Part shown: piece by piece, positions 42,272-51,267 of the stretch
Position numbering within the stretch: the stretch's first letter is position 1
Layout: every line of letters starts with the position of its first letter
Origin: Bacteroidia bacterium
Lineage (GTDB): Bacteria > Bacteroidota > Bacteroidia > B-17B0 > Aurantibacillaceae
NCBI GenBank assembly: GCA_031539425.1
Contig: JAVKLI010000051.1
Coordinates: forward strand, 36,226-100,225
Direction of reading: 5' to 3'
DNA: 64,000 nt
Notes under the pieces: generated by a model
What the model saw: only the letters and a program-made list of their open reading frames with translations
What the model was told of the DNA's origin: nothing
The model's database searches: none
Made by a program: the position numbers and the translations under genes

Positions 42272-42569
42272 ATGAAAATAATTATTTTATTTATTATAGT
42301 AGCAACTATTTTTAAAAGTTATAGTTCTATTCCAATTCATAATAATGGTAGTTCAAAATTCGTTTTTTTTGATAAAATCATATTCTCTAAATCAAAATAG
42401 AAGTGATGAGGGTTTGGAAATTAAAAAAATTAAAGCTGAAACTCAAAAGGTAGTTCAAAAAATAGGTAATGAACCTAATATATTTGTGAAAATCTCATTA
42501 ATATATTGCATTTTTATATTTTTATTTTTTAGCTTAATCCTTTTGATTGCTGCAATTTTACTATTATAA
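42272..42569 (+). pseudogene. Small exported/membrane protein split by a frameshift in a T8 tract
   Basis: The ATG at 42272 encodes a signal-like MKIIILFIIVATIFKSYSSIPIHNNG... and stops at 42398. The 42345..42569 frame supplies a C-terminal TM segment. Removing one T from the run at 42363..42370 fuses them into a 98-aa protein with the same architecture as the neighbour at 42577..42999. Confidence 0.45.
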
Positions 42570-42576
42570 TTAAAAA

Positions 42577-42999
42577 ATGAAACAACCAATTTTATTTAGG
42601 TGTATTACGCTGTTTATTTTAACGTTTTGTTTTTTGGGTTTTACTTCATCAATTCCTAATAGTAAAATTAAATTGATAGTGCCCAACCACATACATCAAG
42701 AAAAAAACAGCTCTATAACTATAGCAGATACTGGGTTAGGTTTAAATAAATTTTCTGAATCATCTACTAAAAACAGTCAATTAAACTCTAATTCAATAAA
42801 GGATAATTTTACAGAATCAAGTTTTTATAAAAATTTAATTAAAGTTGTAGCAATTTTATGTGCTGTTACAGTAGTTATTCTAATAAGTGGGATTGCTAGC
42901 TCATTACCTAATAGTCAATTTGCCGCACTTGTATTATTTCACATGTCTATGGTTTATCTTTTTGTAGGATTAGTTTTAAACAAGCTATACTATAGCTAA
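42577..42999 (+). CDS. Hypothetical small membrane protein (N-terminal signal/TM, Ser/Asn-rich middle, C-terminal TM pair)
   Basis: 140 aa. It shares the post-signal SSIP motif (FTSSIPNSK versus SYSSIPIHN) and the overall layout with the upstream split gene. I recognised no known family. Confidence 0.5.
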   Translation: MKQPILFRCITLFILTFCFLGFTSSIPNSKIKLIVPNHIHQEKNSSITIADTGLGLNKFSESSTKNSQLNSNSIKDNFTESSFYKNLIKVVAILCAVTVVILISGIASSLPNSQFAALVLFHMSMVYLFVGLVLNKLYYS

Positions 43000-43126
43000 T
43001 AATTCACAGCAAACTTAATTGCTACTTTTCAACATTTATTTGTCAATTAATAGTTATATATCATTAAAATAAATATCATAATATTGGTCTTTTAATCTTT
43101 TATATATCATTTAAATAATTTTAGTT

Positions 43127-44080
43127 GTGTTTTTTAAACTTTGTATTGCATTATTTGTATTTTATTTTAGTGCTTTAATAGGTCAAACCCAATTTGGTGG
43201 TGAATGGAGTGGCAAGATTAAAGTTAATAACGACATTCAGTACGTTCAATTAAAGGTAACATCATTAAAAAATGGGTTTGCACAAGGTTTTTTATTTACT
43301 TGTGATTCAAAAGATTCTACTTTTTGCTTAGCAGCTGTAGATGCTAAAGTAATAAAGGTAGAAGATACGATACAAAAAATACTTATTTTAAGTAAAAAGA
43401 TAATTAAATATAGAACAAATAATAAGTTGAAACCTAAAATGCAAGTAATGCATATAGAATTTAATAAAAGTAGAGTTATGGCTTCAAAAATCACTAATGT
43501 TGATAAATTAAGTGAATTGGAAGATACAACAAATCATAAACATGATTTTTTATTAAAAAAGAGGCCTTTAACTAAAATCTTAAAAAAATCTTTTATAAAA
43601 CAGATTTTAAAAAAGAAGTCAACCCGCAAAAAGTTACTCTTTAGCAGAAAAAAAAGTAAAATTGCGCTTAAGAAACAAGAGGCTAAGTTGCAGTTAAAAA
43701 ATCGAATTGAAAAATCTCAAGGCGAACTTACTATTAAGGACTCTATTGTTTTTATAAAAATTTATGACCATATAAAATTAGATGGCGATTCGGTAAGCGT
43801 ATTTTACAATAATAAGCTGATACTTTTAAAATATGGCTTAGTTGCTTATAAACAAAGTAAGTTTTATAAACTAATAATTAATCCAAAAGCATCTAAAAGT
43901 AAAATTGTTATTATTGCAGAATCTGTAGGCAAAACCCCTCCAAACTCAGCAACAATGGAAATTTATAATAGTAAAAACAAATTACTATTCAAGAAAATAG
44001 TGGAGTCAGACTTTAAAAATAATGTTGTAATAGATTTATTACACGATACAAAAATCTTTAAACAAAATATTAAAAAATAA
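43127..44080 (+). CDS. Hypothetical secreted Lys-rich protein
   Basis: 317 aa with a GTG start, a signal peptide (FVFYFSALIGQ) and a central highly basic segment (KKRPLTKILKKSFIKQILKKKSTRKKLLFSRKKSKIALKKQEAKLQLK). I recognised no known family. Confidence 0.5.
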   Translation: MFFKLCIALFVFYFSALIGQTQFGGEWSGKIKVNNDIQYVQLKVTSLKNGFAQGFLFTCDSKDSTFCLAAVDAKVIKVEDTIQKILILSKKIIKYRTNNKLKPKMQVMHIEFNKSRVMASKITNVDKLSELEDTTNHKHDFLLKKRPLTKILKKSFIKQILKKKSTRKKLLFSRKKSKIALKKQEAKLQLKNRIEKSQGELTIKDSIVFIKIYDHIKLDGDSVSVFYNNKLILLKYGLVAYKQSKFYKLIINPKASKSKIVIIAESVGKTPPNSATMEIYNSKNKLLFKKIVESDFKNNVVIDLLHDTKIFKQNIKK

Positions 44081-44090
44081 CCTAAAAGGG

Positions 44091-45470
44091 TTAACTCTTA
44101 AAAAAACCAATTATTGCGTTTTCTAAATAAGTAGTTTGCAACCCCGTTTGCATATTTTTGATGGTTATTGAATTTTGTTCAAATTCTACATCACCTATAA
44201 TAGCTACAAACGGAATTTGTTTTTTATTAGCATATTCCATTTGTTTTTTTACTTTACAAATTTCAGGATACACTTCCGTAATTATACCATTTTGCCTTAA
44301 TAAGTTAGCTAACTTTAAACACCTGTTTTGTTGCTGTTCATTAAAATGGATAAACAGCACATTAGTTTGGGATTTATATTCTGTTTCATTAAACAAATCT
44401 AATTGTTCCATTGCCTCCATAATTCTGTCTATGCCAAATGATATGCCTACTCCCGACATGTTATTTAAGCCAAATACTCCCGTTAAATCATCATATCTTC
44501 CACCCCCTAAAATACTGTTACTAATTTGATTAGAATTAACTTTTGCTTCAAATATAAGTCCAGTATAGTACGAGATACCTCTGGCAAGTGTAATATCAAA
44601 AATAATATCAATTTTAGTTTTTGGTAAAATAGAAAGTGTATTAAAAATAAATATTATTTCCTCCACACCCTTTAAACCTACTTCACTTGAAGACATTAAG
44701 TTTTGAATACACGCTATTTTGTTAGCATTGTCTCCTGATAGCTCTAAAAAAGGAAGTAGCTTGTTTATAGCTTCTTTTGAAAATTGTTTGCATTCTAAAT
44801 CTTTTAATACAGTCTCTTTATCAGTTTTATCAAGCTTATCTAAAGATGTAACAATATCAACTAAACGATTTGGGCTACCCATTGCCTCTGCAATACCATA
44901 CAGTATTTTTCTGCTATTAATAAGTAATTTTACAGGCAGTTTTAATTCAGAAAATACATTATCTATTAAGTTTATTAATTCAACTTCGTTTATTAAAGAC
45001 GTGGTTCCTATAATATCTGCGTCACATTGATAAAACTCTCTATAGCGGCCTTTTTGTGGCTTATCTGCACGCCATACCGGCTGTATTTGATACCTTTTAA
45101 ATGGATATGTGAGTGTATGGTTATTCATGGCCACAAAGCGTGCAAAGGGCACGGTTAAATCATAACGAAGCGCTTTTTCAGTAATTAACTCATTATTTAC
45201 TGGTTTTTCTAAGGTAGCATTAAAGGCTGTTTTAATCCTCTCTTTGTCTTGCTGTTCATTTAATCGAGAGTTTAATATCTTATAAATCAATTGATCTCCC
45301 TCTTCGCCATATTTTCCAGTTAATGTTGCAATGTTTTCAATGCTTGGTGTTTCAATGGGTTCAAAACCAAATAGTTTAAAATGTTTAATAATTATATTAA
45401 ATACAAGCTGTCGTTTGTACATCATTACGGGTGTAAAATCTCTTGTACCTCTTGGTATTGAAGGTTTCAT
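44091..45470 (-). CDS. hisS: Histidine--tRNA ligase
   Basis: 459 aa class II aaRS. PRGTRDF, the FKRYQIQPVWRADKPQKGRYREFYQCD motif 2 region and GGGRYD. Confidence 0.95.
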   Translation of the reverse strand: MKPSIPRGTRDFTPVMMYKRQLVFNIIIKHFKLFGFEPIETPSIENIATLTGKYGEEGDQLIYKILNSRLNEQQDKERIKTAFNATLEKPVNNELITEKALRYDLTVPFARFVAMNNHTLTYPFKRYQIQPVWRADKPQKGRYREFYQCDADIIGTTSLINEVELINLIDNVFSELKLPVKLLINSRKILYGIAEAMGSPNRLVDIVTSLDKLDKTDKETVLKDLECKQFSKEAINKLLPFLELSGDNANKIACIQNLMSSSEVGLKGVEEIIFIFNTLSILPKTKIDIIFDITLARGISYYTGLIFEAKVNSNQISNSILGGGRYDDLTGVFGLNNMSGVGISFGIDRIMEAMEQLDLFNETEYKSQTNVLFIHFNEQQQNRCLKLANLLRQNGIITEVYPEICKVKKQMEYANKKQIPFVAIIGDVEFEQNSITIKNMQTGLQTTYLENAIIGFFKS

Positions 45471-45569
45471 ATCAAATGAATAAATTGAATAACAAAAGTA
45501 TCAATAGTTTTAAATAAAGTGCTGTTTTGCAAGGTTACTTTATTTAATTTTAGGTATTAATAATAAATA

Positions 45570-46124
45570 ATGGCACAAAATAAATATACTGATACTGATT
45601 TATTAAATGGGTTAAAAAACAATAATAGTAACGTGTTAGATGCATTTTATAAATTATATTTTGGATTAATTACTAAATACATTATTAAAAACAGTGGCAC
45701 TAAAGACCATGCATATGATATATTTCAAGAGGTGATGGTTATTTTGTTTGAAAACACTCAAAAAGAATCTTTTACACTTTCTTGTCAATTACAAACCTAT
45801 ATATATTCTATTGCAAGAAATTTATGGTTAAAACATTTAAAAAAAAAAAAAATTATATTAAAACAAGAGCAATATGAAAAAGACATTATAGATGTTAATT
45901 CAGACATCGACGACTTTCAATTACAAGAAATCAATTATTCTAAAATGCAAATTAGTATGGAAAAATTAGGTGAGCCTTGCTTTAGTATTTTAAGTGATTA
46001 TTACATTCAACAGTTAAACATGACTCAAATATCTGAAAAACATGGGTATACAAATGCAGATAATGCTAAAACTCAGAAATACAAATGTTTACAGCGATTA
46101 AAAAAATATTTTTTAGAACAATAA
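45570..46124 (+). CDS. Sigma-70 family (ECF-like) RNA polymerase sigma factor
   Basis: 184 aa. A region-2-like DIFQEVMVILFEN...YIYSIARNLWLKH and a region-4 HTH (LNMTQISEKHGYTNADNAKTQKYKCLQRLKKY). Confidence 0.85.
   Translation: MAQNKYTDTDLLNGLKNNNSNVLDAFYKLYFGLITKYIIKNSGTKDHAYDIFQEVMVILFENTQKESFTLSCQLQTYIYSIARNLWLKHLKKKKIILKQEQYEKDIIDVNSDIDDFQLQEINYSKMQISMEKLGEPCFSILSDYYIQQLNMTQISEKHGYTNADNAKTQKYKCLQRLKKYFLEQ
45839..45852 (+). repeat. Poly(A) homopolymer (14 nt by the ORF-consistent reading) inside the sigma-factor coding sequence
   Basis: It encodes L-KKKK-I in the linker between regions 2 and 4. It is the longest homopolymer I noticed in the window. Confidence 0.8.
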
Positions 46125-46130
46125 AATAAC

Positions 46131-47219
46131 ATGAACCACGCAAGTAATAATACAATGACTAATGAAGAATTATTTGATCAATACATATCGGGTACTTTAA
46201 AAAATGTAGATCAATTTGAACAAGAGCTTAAAAGCAATACTGAATTCAAAAAACAATTTGAAGCGCATGTATTATTAATAAACATATTAAAAAATAATGA
46301 CAAGAATAAAAAATTTAAAGCTGCATTAAGTTTATTTATTAAAAACAAAAAAGATATCACTAAACCAATAGTTATAGAATCTTTTTTTGGAAAAACCTTT
46401 GCTATTGCTGCCTCTGTAGCTATAATTACAATCATTTGTACTTTAGCTTTACTTAGTGCAGGGGGTTATATTTTACAAAAACAAAAAGATGAGATAACCG
46501 AATTAAAACGAGATGTTACAGAATTAAAATATTCTCAAGATGCTATTATATTCGGAATTACAGAAGTATCAAAAAAGAAATATAACTATGCGCCAGCAAA
46601 TATTGAAGGTACAGGCTTTGCATTAAACAACGAAGGTTACATTATTACCAGTTGGCATTTAATAAATGGAGCCGATTCTGTATTTGTAGCAAATGATATA
46701 TGTGAGCGCACTTCGGCAATTGTGATAGGGCATCATTCTAATTATGATGTAGCTATTTTAAAGCTTAATAATTCAGAATTATTTAAGCTAAAACCTGTAC
46801 CCTACGTGTTTAAAATGAGCAAATCACAAATAGGTGAAAAATTATTTACACTTGGATTTCCTCGAAAAGATATGGTATATGGCGAAGGTTCACTAAGTTC
46901 TTTATCAGGATTTAAAAATGATACTAGCATGTATCAAATTTCTATACCTGTAAATGCAGGTAATAGTGGCGGGCCAGTATTAGATGAACAAGGCAGTGTA
47001 ATAGGTGTTATACATGGAAAGCAAGCTTCATCTGAAGGTACCGCCTTTGCTTTAAAATCTAAAATAATAGAAGAGCTGTTAGCTGAAATAGAAGCAGAGC
47101 AAACAATAGAACCTATAAAGATTAATAAAAGAAAAACAAAAATTAGCTATTTAAATCGTGTTGAGCAAATAAAACACATTAGACCTTATATATTTGATGT
47201 GATGATTTATAAAAAATAA
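46131..47219 (+). CDS. Membrane-anchored trypsin-like (S1/S1C) serine protease with anti-sigma-like cytoplasmic N-terminus
   Basis: 362 aa. The ~85 aa N-terminal helical region resembles Bacteroidota anti-sigma N-termini. It is followed by one TM segment (FAIAASVAIITIICTLALLSAGGYIL), a short coiled coil and a protease domain with H (TSWHLING), D (YDVAILKL) and S (GNSGGPVLD). It starts 6 nt after the sigma gene. Confidence 0.7.
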   Translation: MNHASNNTMTNEELFDQYISGTLKNVDQFEQELKSNTEFKKQFEAHVLLINILKNNDKNKKFKAALSLFIKNKKDITKPIVIESFFGKTFAIAASVAIITIICTLALLSAGGYILQKQKDEITELKRDVTELKYSQDAIIFGITEVSKKKYNYAPANIEGTGFALNNEGYIITSWHLINGADSVFVANDICERTSAIVIGHHSNYDVAILKLNNSELFKLKPVPYVFKMSKSQIGEKLFTLGFPRKDMVYGEGSLSSLSGFKNDTSMYQISIPVNAGNSGGPVLDEQGSVIGVIHGKQASSEGTAFALKSKIIEELLAEIEAEQTIEPIKINKRKTKISYLNRVEQIKHIRPYIFDVMIYKK

Positions 47220-47222
47220 ACT

Positions 47223-47522
47223 ATGTATATATATAATGTAACTGTAAATGTAGATGATGATATATCCAACGAATGGGTGGCTTGGATGAAATCTGTCCAT
47301 ATTCCAGATGTAATGGCTACAGGCTACTTTGTAGATTACAAAATGAGTAAGCTTTTATATGTAGCAGATGAAGGACAAACCTATTCTATTCAGTACACAT
47401 TTAAAACCATAGAAGATATGGAACAATACCAAAAGCTTAAAGCTCCTGAATTACAGGCGCATGTAAAATCTTTATATGGAGATAAATTTACTGCATTTAG
47501 AACTATTTTAGAAGTACTTTAA
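47223..47522 (+). CDS. DUF4286 family protein
   Basis: 99 aa. MYIYNVTVNVDDDISNEWVAWMKSVHIPDVMATGYF and AFRTILEVL match the DUF4286 pattern. Confidence 0.65.
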   Translation: MYIYNVTVNVDDDISNEWVAWMKSVHIPDVMATGYFVDYKMSKLLYVADEGQTYSIQYTFKTIEDMEQYQKLKAPELQAHVKSLYGDKFTAFRTILEVL

Positions 47523-47529
47523 TTGTTAA

Positions 47530-48315
47530 ATGATTTTTGACATTCAGAAAATAGCAGCCAAAAAAAGATTAGGTCAACACTTTTTAATTGACCAAAATAT
47601 TGCTAAAAAAATTGTAACATCACTTTCATCTAATTCAGATTTAATAATTGAAATTGGACCTGGTATGGGTGTTTTAACGCAGTATTTATTGGATAAATCA
47701 AACTTTATAGCATTTGATATAGATGAAGAGTCTATAAAATATTTACAAGCAAAATATGTAGAACACGCTAGAAAATTTATATTAACCGATTTTATAAAAA
47801 CTGATTTAACCCAATATTTAAAGCCCTATACGAGTATTATTGGTAATTTTCCATATAACATTTCAAGTCAAATTTTATTTAAAATTGTTGAGCATAAAAA
47901 CTCGATATGCATGATGGTTGGGATGTTTCAAAAGGAAGTAGCGCAAAGAGTTGCTGAAAAAGAAGGTAGTAAAATTTATGGTATTCTCAGTATTTTAGTG
48001 CAAAGCTATTATGATATAGAATACTTATTTACAGTAAATGAAAATGTATTTAATCCGCCGCCTAAGGTAAAATCAGGGGTTATACGCATGACTAGAAATA
48101 GTACCAGGCAACTTAATTGTGATGAGGTATTGTTTGTTAAAGTTGTAAAAACATCCTTTAACCAAAGACGCAAAACAATAAGAAACTCTTTAAAAAGTTT
48201 AGTAAATACAAAAGAAATATCGCATGAGTTTTTAGATAAACGCCCAGAACAACTATCTATAAAGCAATTTGAAGAGCTTACAAGAATTGTTGGTGAAAAA
48301 ATTATCAACGTGTAA
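47530..48315 (+). CDS. rsmA: 16S rRNA (adenine1518/1519-N6)-dimethyltransferase
   Basis: 261 aa. LGQHFLID, EIGPGMGVLT and GNFPYNISS motifs. Confidence 0.9.
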   Translation: MIFDIQKIAAKKRLGQHFLIDQNIAKKIVTSLSSNSDLIIEIGPGMGVLTQYLLDKSNFIAFDIDEESIKYLQAKYVEHARKFILTDFIKTDLTQYLKPYTSIIGNFPYNISSQILFKIVEHKNSICMMVGMFQKEVAQRVAEKEGSKIYGILSILVQSYYDIEYLFTVNENVFNPPPKVKSGVIRMTRNSTRQLNCDEVLFVKVVKTSFNQRRKTIRNSLKSLVNTKEISHEFLDKRPEQLSIKQFEELTRIVGEKIINV

Positions 48316-48576
48316 ATGATTACACAAACAGCTCACTTTTTATACCTTTAAACTATAATTACTGTTTCTTTAATATATAGGTATCATAAAACAGAGAAAC
48401 ATTTGTATCGTAGATATTTACACTCTATATAAATTCATTTTTTCTCAACCTAAAAATAGTTTAAGTGTAAATTCGAGTATGTTTTTAAGTTCTACAACTA
48501 TTTATTATAACCTTGTGCAAGAAGATACAATTTCACTTACGCTATATAACTAGGATATTTATAATTACAACAAGTG

Positions 48577-49533
48577 TTATATTGTTTTTAAAGTATCTAT
48601 TATTTTTTCTGCTAACTCAATGCCTATTCGTTCTTGCGCTTCAACTGTAGCAGCTCCAATATGTGGTGTTAATGATATTTTAGGATGTATTAAAAGTTGA
48701 TTTAATGGCGTTGGTTCATTCTCAAACACATCTAAACAAGCATGATTAATTTTTCCAGAGTTTAAACCATCTATCAAATCTAATTCATTGATTACCCCTC
48801 CTCTAGATGTGTTGATAAGTATAATACCCTTTTTCATTTTTTCAATTTCTAATTTTGTGATGAGCTTACCTTGAGGCACGTGACAGGAAATAAAATCTGA
48901 TTGAGCTAAAAGTGTATCTAAAGTTTGGGTTTTTAAGGGAATTTTAATAGGTTCCACGTTTGATATTTGAATGGTAATGTTGGCCTCTTTTACAAAAGGA
49001 TCATAAGCAATTACATTCATTTCACAACCTAATGCAATTTTAGCAACAGTTTGTCCAATTCGTCCAAAACCAATAATACCAATAGTTTTACCCTTTAGCT
49101 CTATACCTCCACTAAATTGTTTTTTTAATTCATTAAAATTTGTATTTCCAGAATTTGGCATTTGCCTATTACTTTGATACACAAACCTCACGGCATTAAA
49201 TAAATGTGAAAAAACCAACTCGGCTACCGAATTGCTTGATGCAGCTGGTGTGTTAATTACTTTTATTCCTTTTGATTGCGCATACTCTACATCTATATTA
49301 TCCATACCCACACCACCTCGTGCAATAATTTTTAGGGTTGGGCAAGCATCTATTAAATCTTTTCTTACCTCTGTGGCACTTCTTACGGTTAATCCTATAT
49401 ATTTTTTTTCGTTTATTATTTTTATTAATTCCTGTTGAGCTATTTTATTAGTATCAACAATAATACCTGCGGTTTCTAATATTTTTTTTCCTATCGAATC
49501 TATTCCGTCATTAGTTAAAATTAAATGTGCCAT
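48577..49533 (-). CDS. D-isomer-specific 2-hydroxyacid dehydrogenase (phosphoglycerate dehydrogenase-like, no ACT domain)
   Basis: 318 aa. GIIGFGRIGQTVA Rossmann motif, the SRGGVI and HIGAAT catalytic region. Confidence 0.8.
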   Translation of the reverse strand: MAHLILTNDGIDSIGKKILETAGIIVDTNKIAQQELIKIINEKKYIGLTVRSATEVRKDLIDACPTLKIIARGGVGMDNIDVEYAQSKGIKVINTPAASSNSVAELVFSHLFNAVRFVYQSNRQMPNSGNTNFNELKKQFSGGIELKGKTIGIIGFGRIGQTVAKIALGCEMNVIAYDPFVKEANITIQISNVEPIKIPLKTQTLDTLLAQSDFISCHVPQGKLITKLEIEKMKKGIILINTSRGGVINELDLIDGLNSGKINHACLDVFENEPTPLNQLLIHPKISLTPHIGAATVEAQERIGIELAEKIIDTLKTI

Positions 49534-49548
49534 ATTTTGTTTTTGTAT

Positions 49549-51267
49549 TTAAGGTGTTGGTGTTTTTATATAAAACTCAAACCCATTTTTTTTACATAAA
49601 AGTTTAATATTTGTATTAGTAAAATCAAATTTATGATTTGTTTTTAAAATTATAAATGCTAAAATGTTTGTGTTCTTATTACATACCCATGAATTATATG
49701 TTTCAATAAAATTAGTATTATCATTATTATGTTCTAAGTTGTATGTTTTTTTAAACTCCTCTAAACTAGGGTTTGACATGATATCTTTACTTAAATTACC
49801 ATAAAATAAATAGCTATAGCTTTTAAAGTTAAGTGTTACAATAGGGGCATTAAACTTTTTAAACACCTTACAAAAAGTAATTAATTCATTTTGAGAATAC
49901 ATTTCTATTTTATTACTAAATGTGTGAATGACGCTATAAATAGTAATAGTACACACTGTTAAATACAAATAAATATATCGTATATTTTTTTTCTTAATAC
50001 GGTATAATGATACTATAGATAGCGTTAAAAAACATAACCCTATAAGCCATTCAATGCCAACCCAATTTACAGTGTTCTGAATTACAATTTTAATAAAGGC
50101 ATCATTTATTAAATATGATGGAATTATTGGTAAAATAAATTGAAGCAAACCGGCAATAATAAATATAACTCCAAATAATATTGTAAAAACAATTAATGCT
50201 TTATATAAAAAGTTAGAAAAAGTCAATTCTCCTTTTATTAATTTATTAATATAATTGGCTGCTATATAAGTTAATGGAAAATAGCACAAAGAAGAATAGT
50301 GCACAATTTTAGTTTGAACTATTGAAAATAAAATGAGTACTACCCAAAATAAAATTTTTAACCATAACTTAATATGTTTTTGAAAATTAGTTTGTTCGGG
50401 TTTTGTAATTGAAAATATAAAAAATAATGAAGACGGAAAACAGCCTAAAAACAACACTACAAAATGATATATAAAAGGACCTCCATGATCTGAATCTTTG
50501 GTTTTAAATAACCGAATTTGATAGTCTATAAAATCTTGTATTACATACGCATTTCCTTTTAACAATGCTATTAAAAACCAACTAAAGCCAACTAATCCAA
50601 AAACAAAGGCAAAAAATAAAATAAATTTTATAGAAGTTATTTTTTTAAACCTTTTAACAACACAAAAAATACAAACAGTTAAGCCTACAATTAGCAAAGC
50701 TACTGGGCCTTTACATAATAAAGCCAATCCTAAAAAAAAACCGGCTAATCCAGTTGTTTTAAAGCCATTTAAACCAACAGGGTTATTGGTATGGAGTATT
50801 AAATAATAGATACTTACATAAATTAATAAATTAAACCACGGATCTATGATACCACTTTTAAAAAAAAAATGTGGTAATATGCTTGCTATAAAAGTGAAAG
50901 CCCAAATGAATCCAAATTTTTCGTCTTGCAATTGTTTACCCGTATTGTATAAAATTAATAATGTAAAAATGCCACACATCGCATTTGGAAATCGAGCTGA
51001 AAACTCATTAATTCCAAATAGATTCATACTAAGGGCTTGTAACCAAATAAACAAAGGTGGTTTTTCCCAAAAGGGTTGAAAATACAATTGCACATCCAAA
51101 TAATTTTTCGAAATCACCATTTCTCTCGCACATTCTGCAAAGTTTATTTCGTCCCAATCAAATAAATGAACATTACCAATAAATGGTATAAAAACGCATG
51201 TTCCAATAAATACAATAACTATTTGAATTATTACATCTCTGGAAAGTGTGTTTTGTAACTTGATCAT
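49549..51267 (-). CDS. Glycosyltransferase family 39 (ArnT/PMT-like) membrane protein
   Basis: 572 aa polytopic protein. The N-terminal LFDWDEINFAECAREM...WEKPPLFIWL carries the DE/periplasmic-loop signature of GT-C ArnT-like enzymes. Confidence 0.75.
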   Translation of the reverse strand: MIKLQNTLSRDVIIQIVIVFIGTCVFIPFIGNVHLFDWDEINFAECAREMVISKNYLDVQLYFQPFWEKPPLFIWLQALSMNLFGINEFSARFPNAMCGIFTLLILYNTGKQLQDEKFGFIWAFTFIASILPHFFFKSGIIDPWFNLLIYVSIYYLILHTNNPVGLNGFKTTGLAGFFLGLALLCKGPVALLIVGLTVCIFCVVKRFKKITSIKFILFFAFVFGLVGFSWFLIALLKGNAYVIQDFIDYQIRLFKTKDSDHGGPFIYHFVVLFLGCFPSSLFFIFSITKPEQTNFQKHIKLWLKILFWVVLILFSIVQTKIVHYSSLCYFPLTYIAANYINKLIKGELTFSNFLYKALIVFTILFGVIFIIAGLLQFILPIIPSYLINDAFIKIVIQNTVNWVGIEWLIGLCFLTLSIVSLYRIKKKNIRYIYLYLTVCTITIYSVIHTFSNKIEMYSQNELITFCKVFKKFNAPIVTLNFKSYSYLFYGNLSKDIMSNPSLEEFKKTYNLEHNNDNTNFIETYNSWVCNKNTNILAFIILKTNHKFDFTNTNIKLLCKKNGFEFYIKTPTP

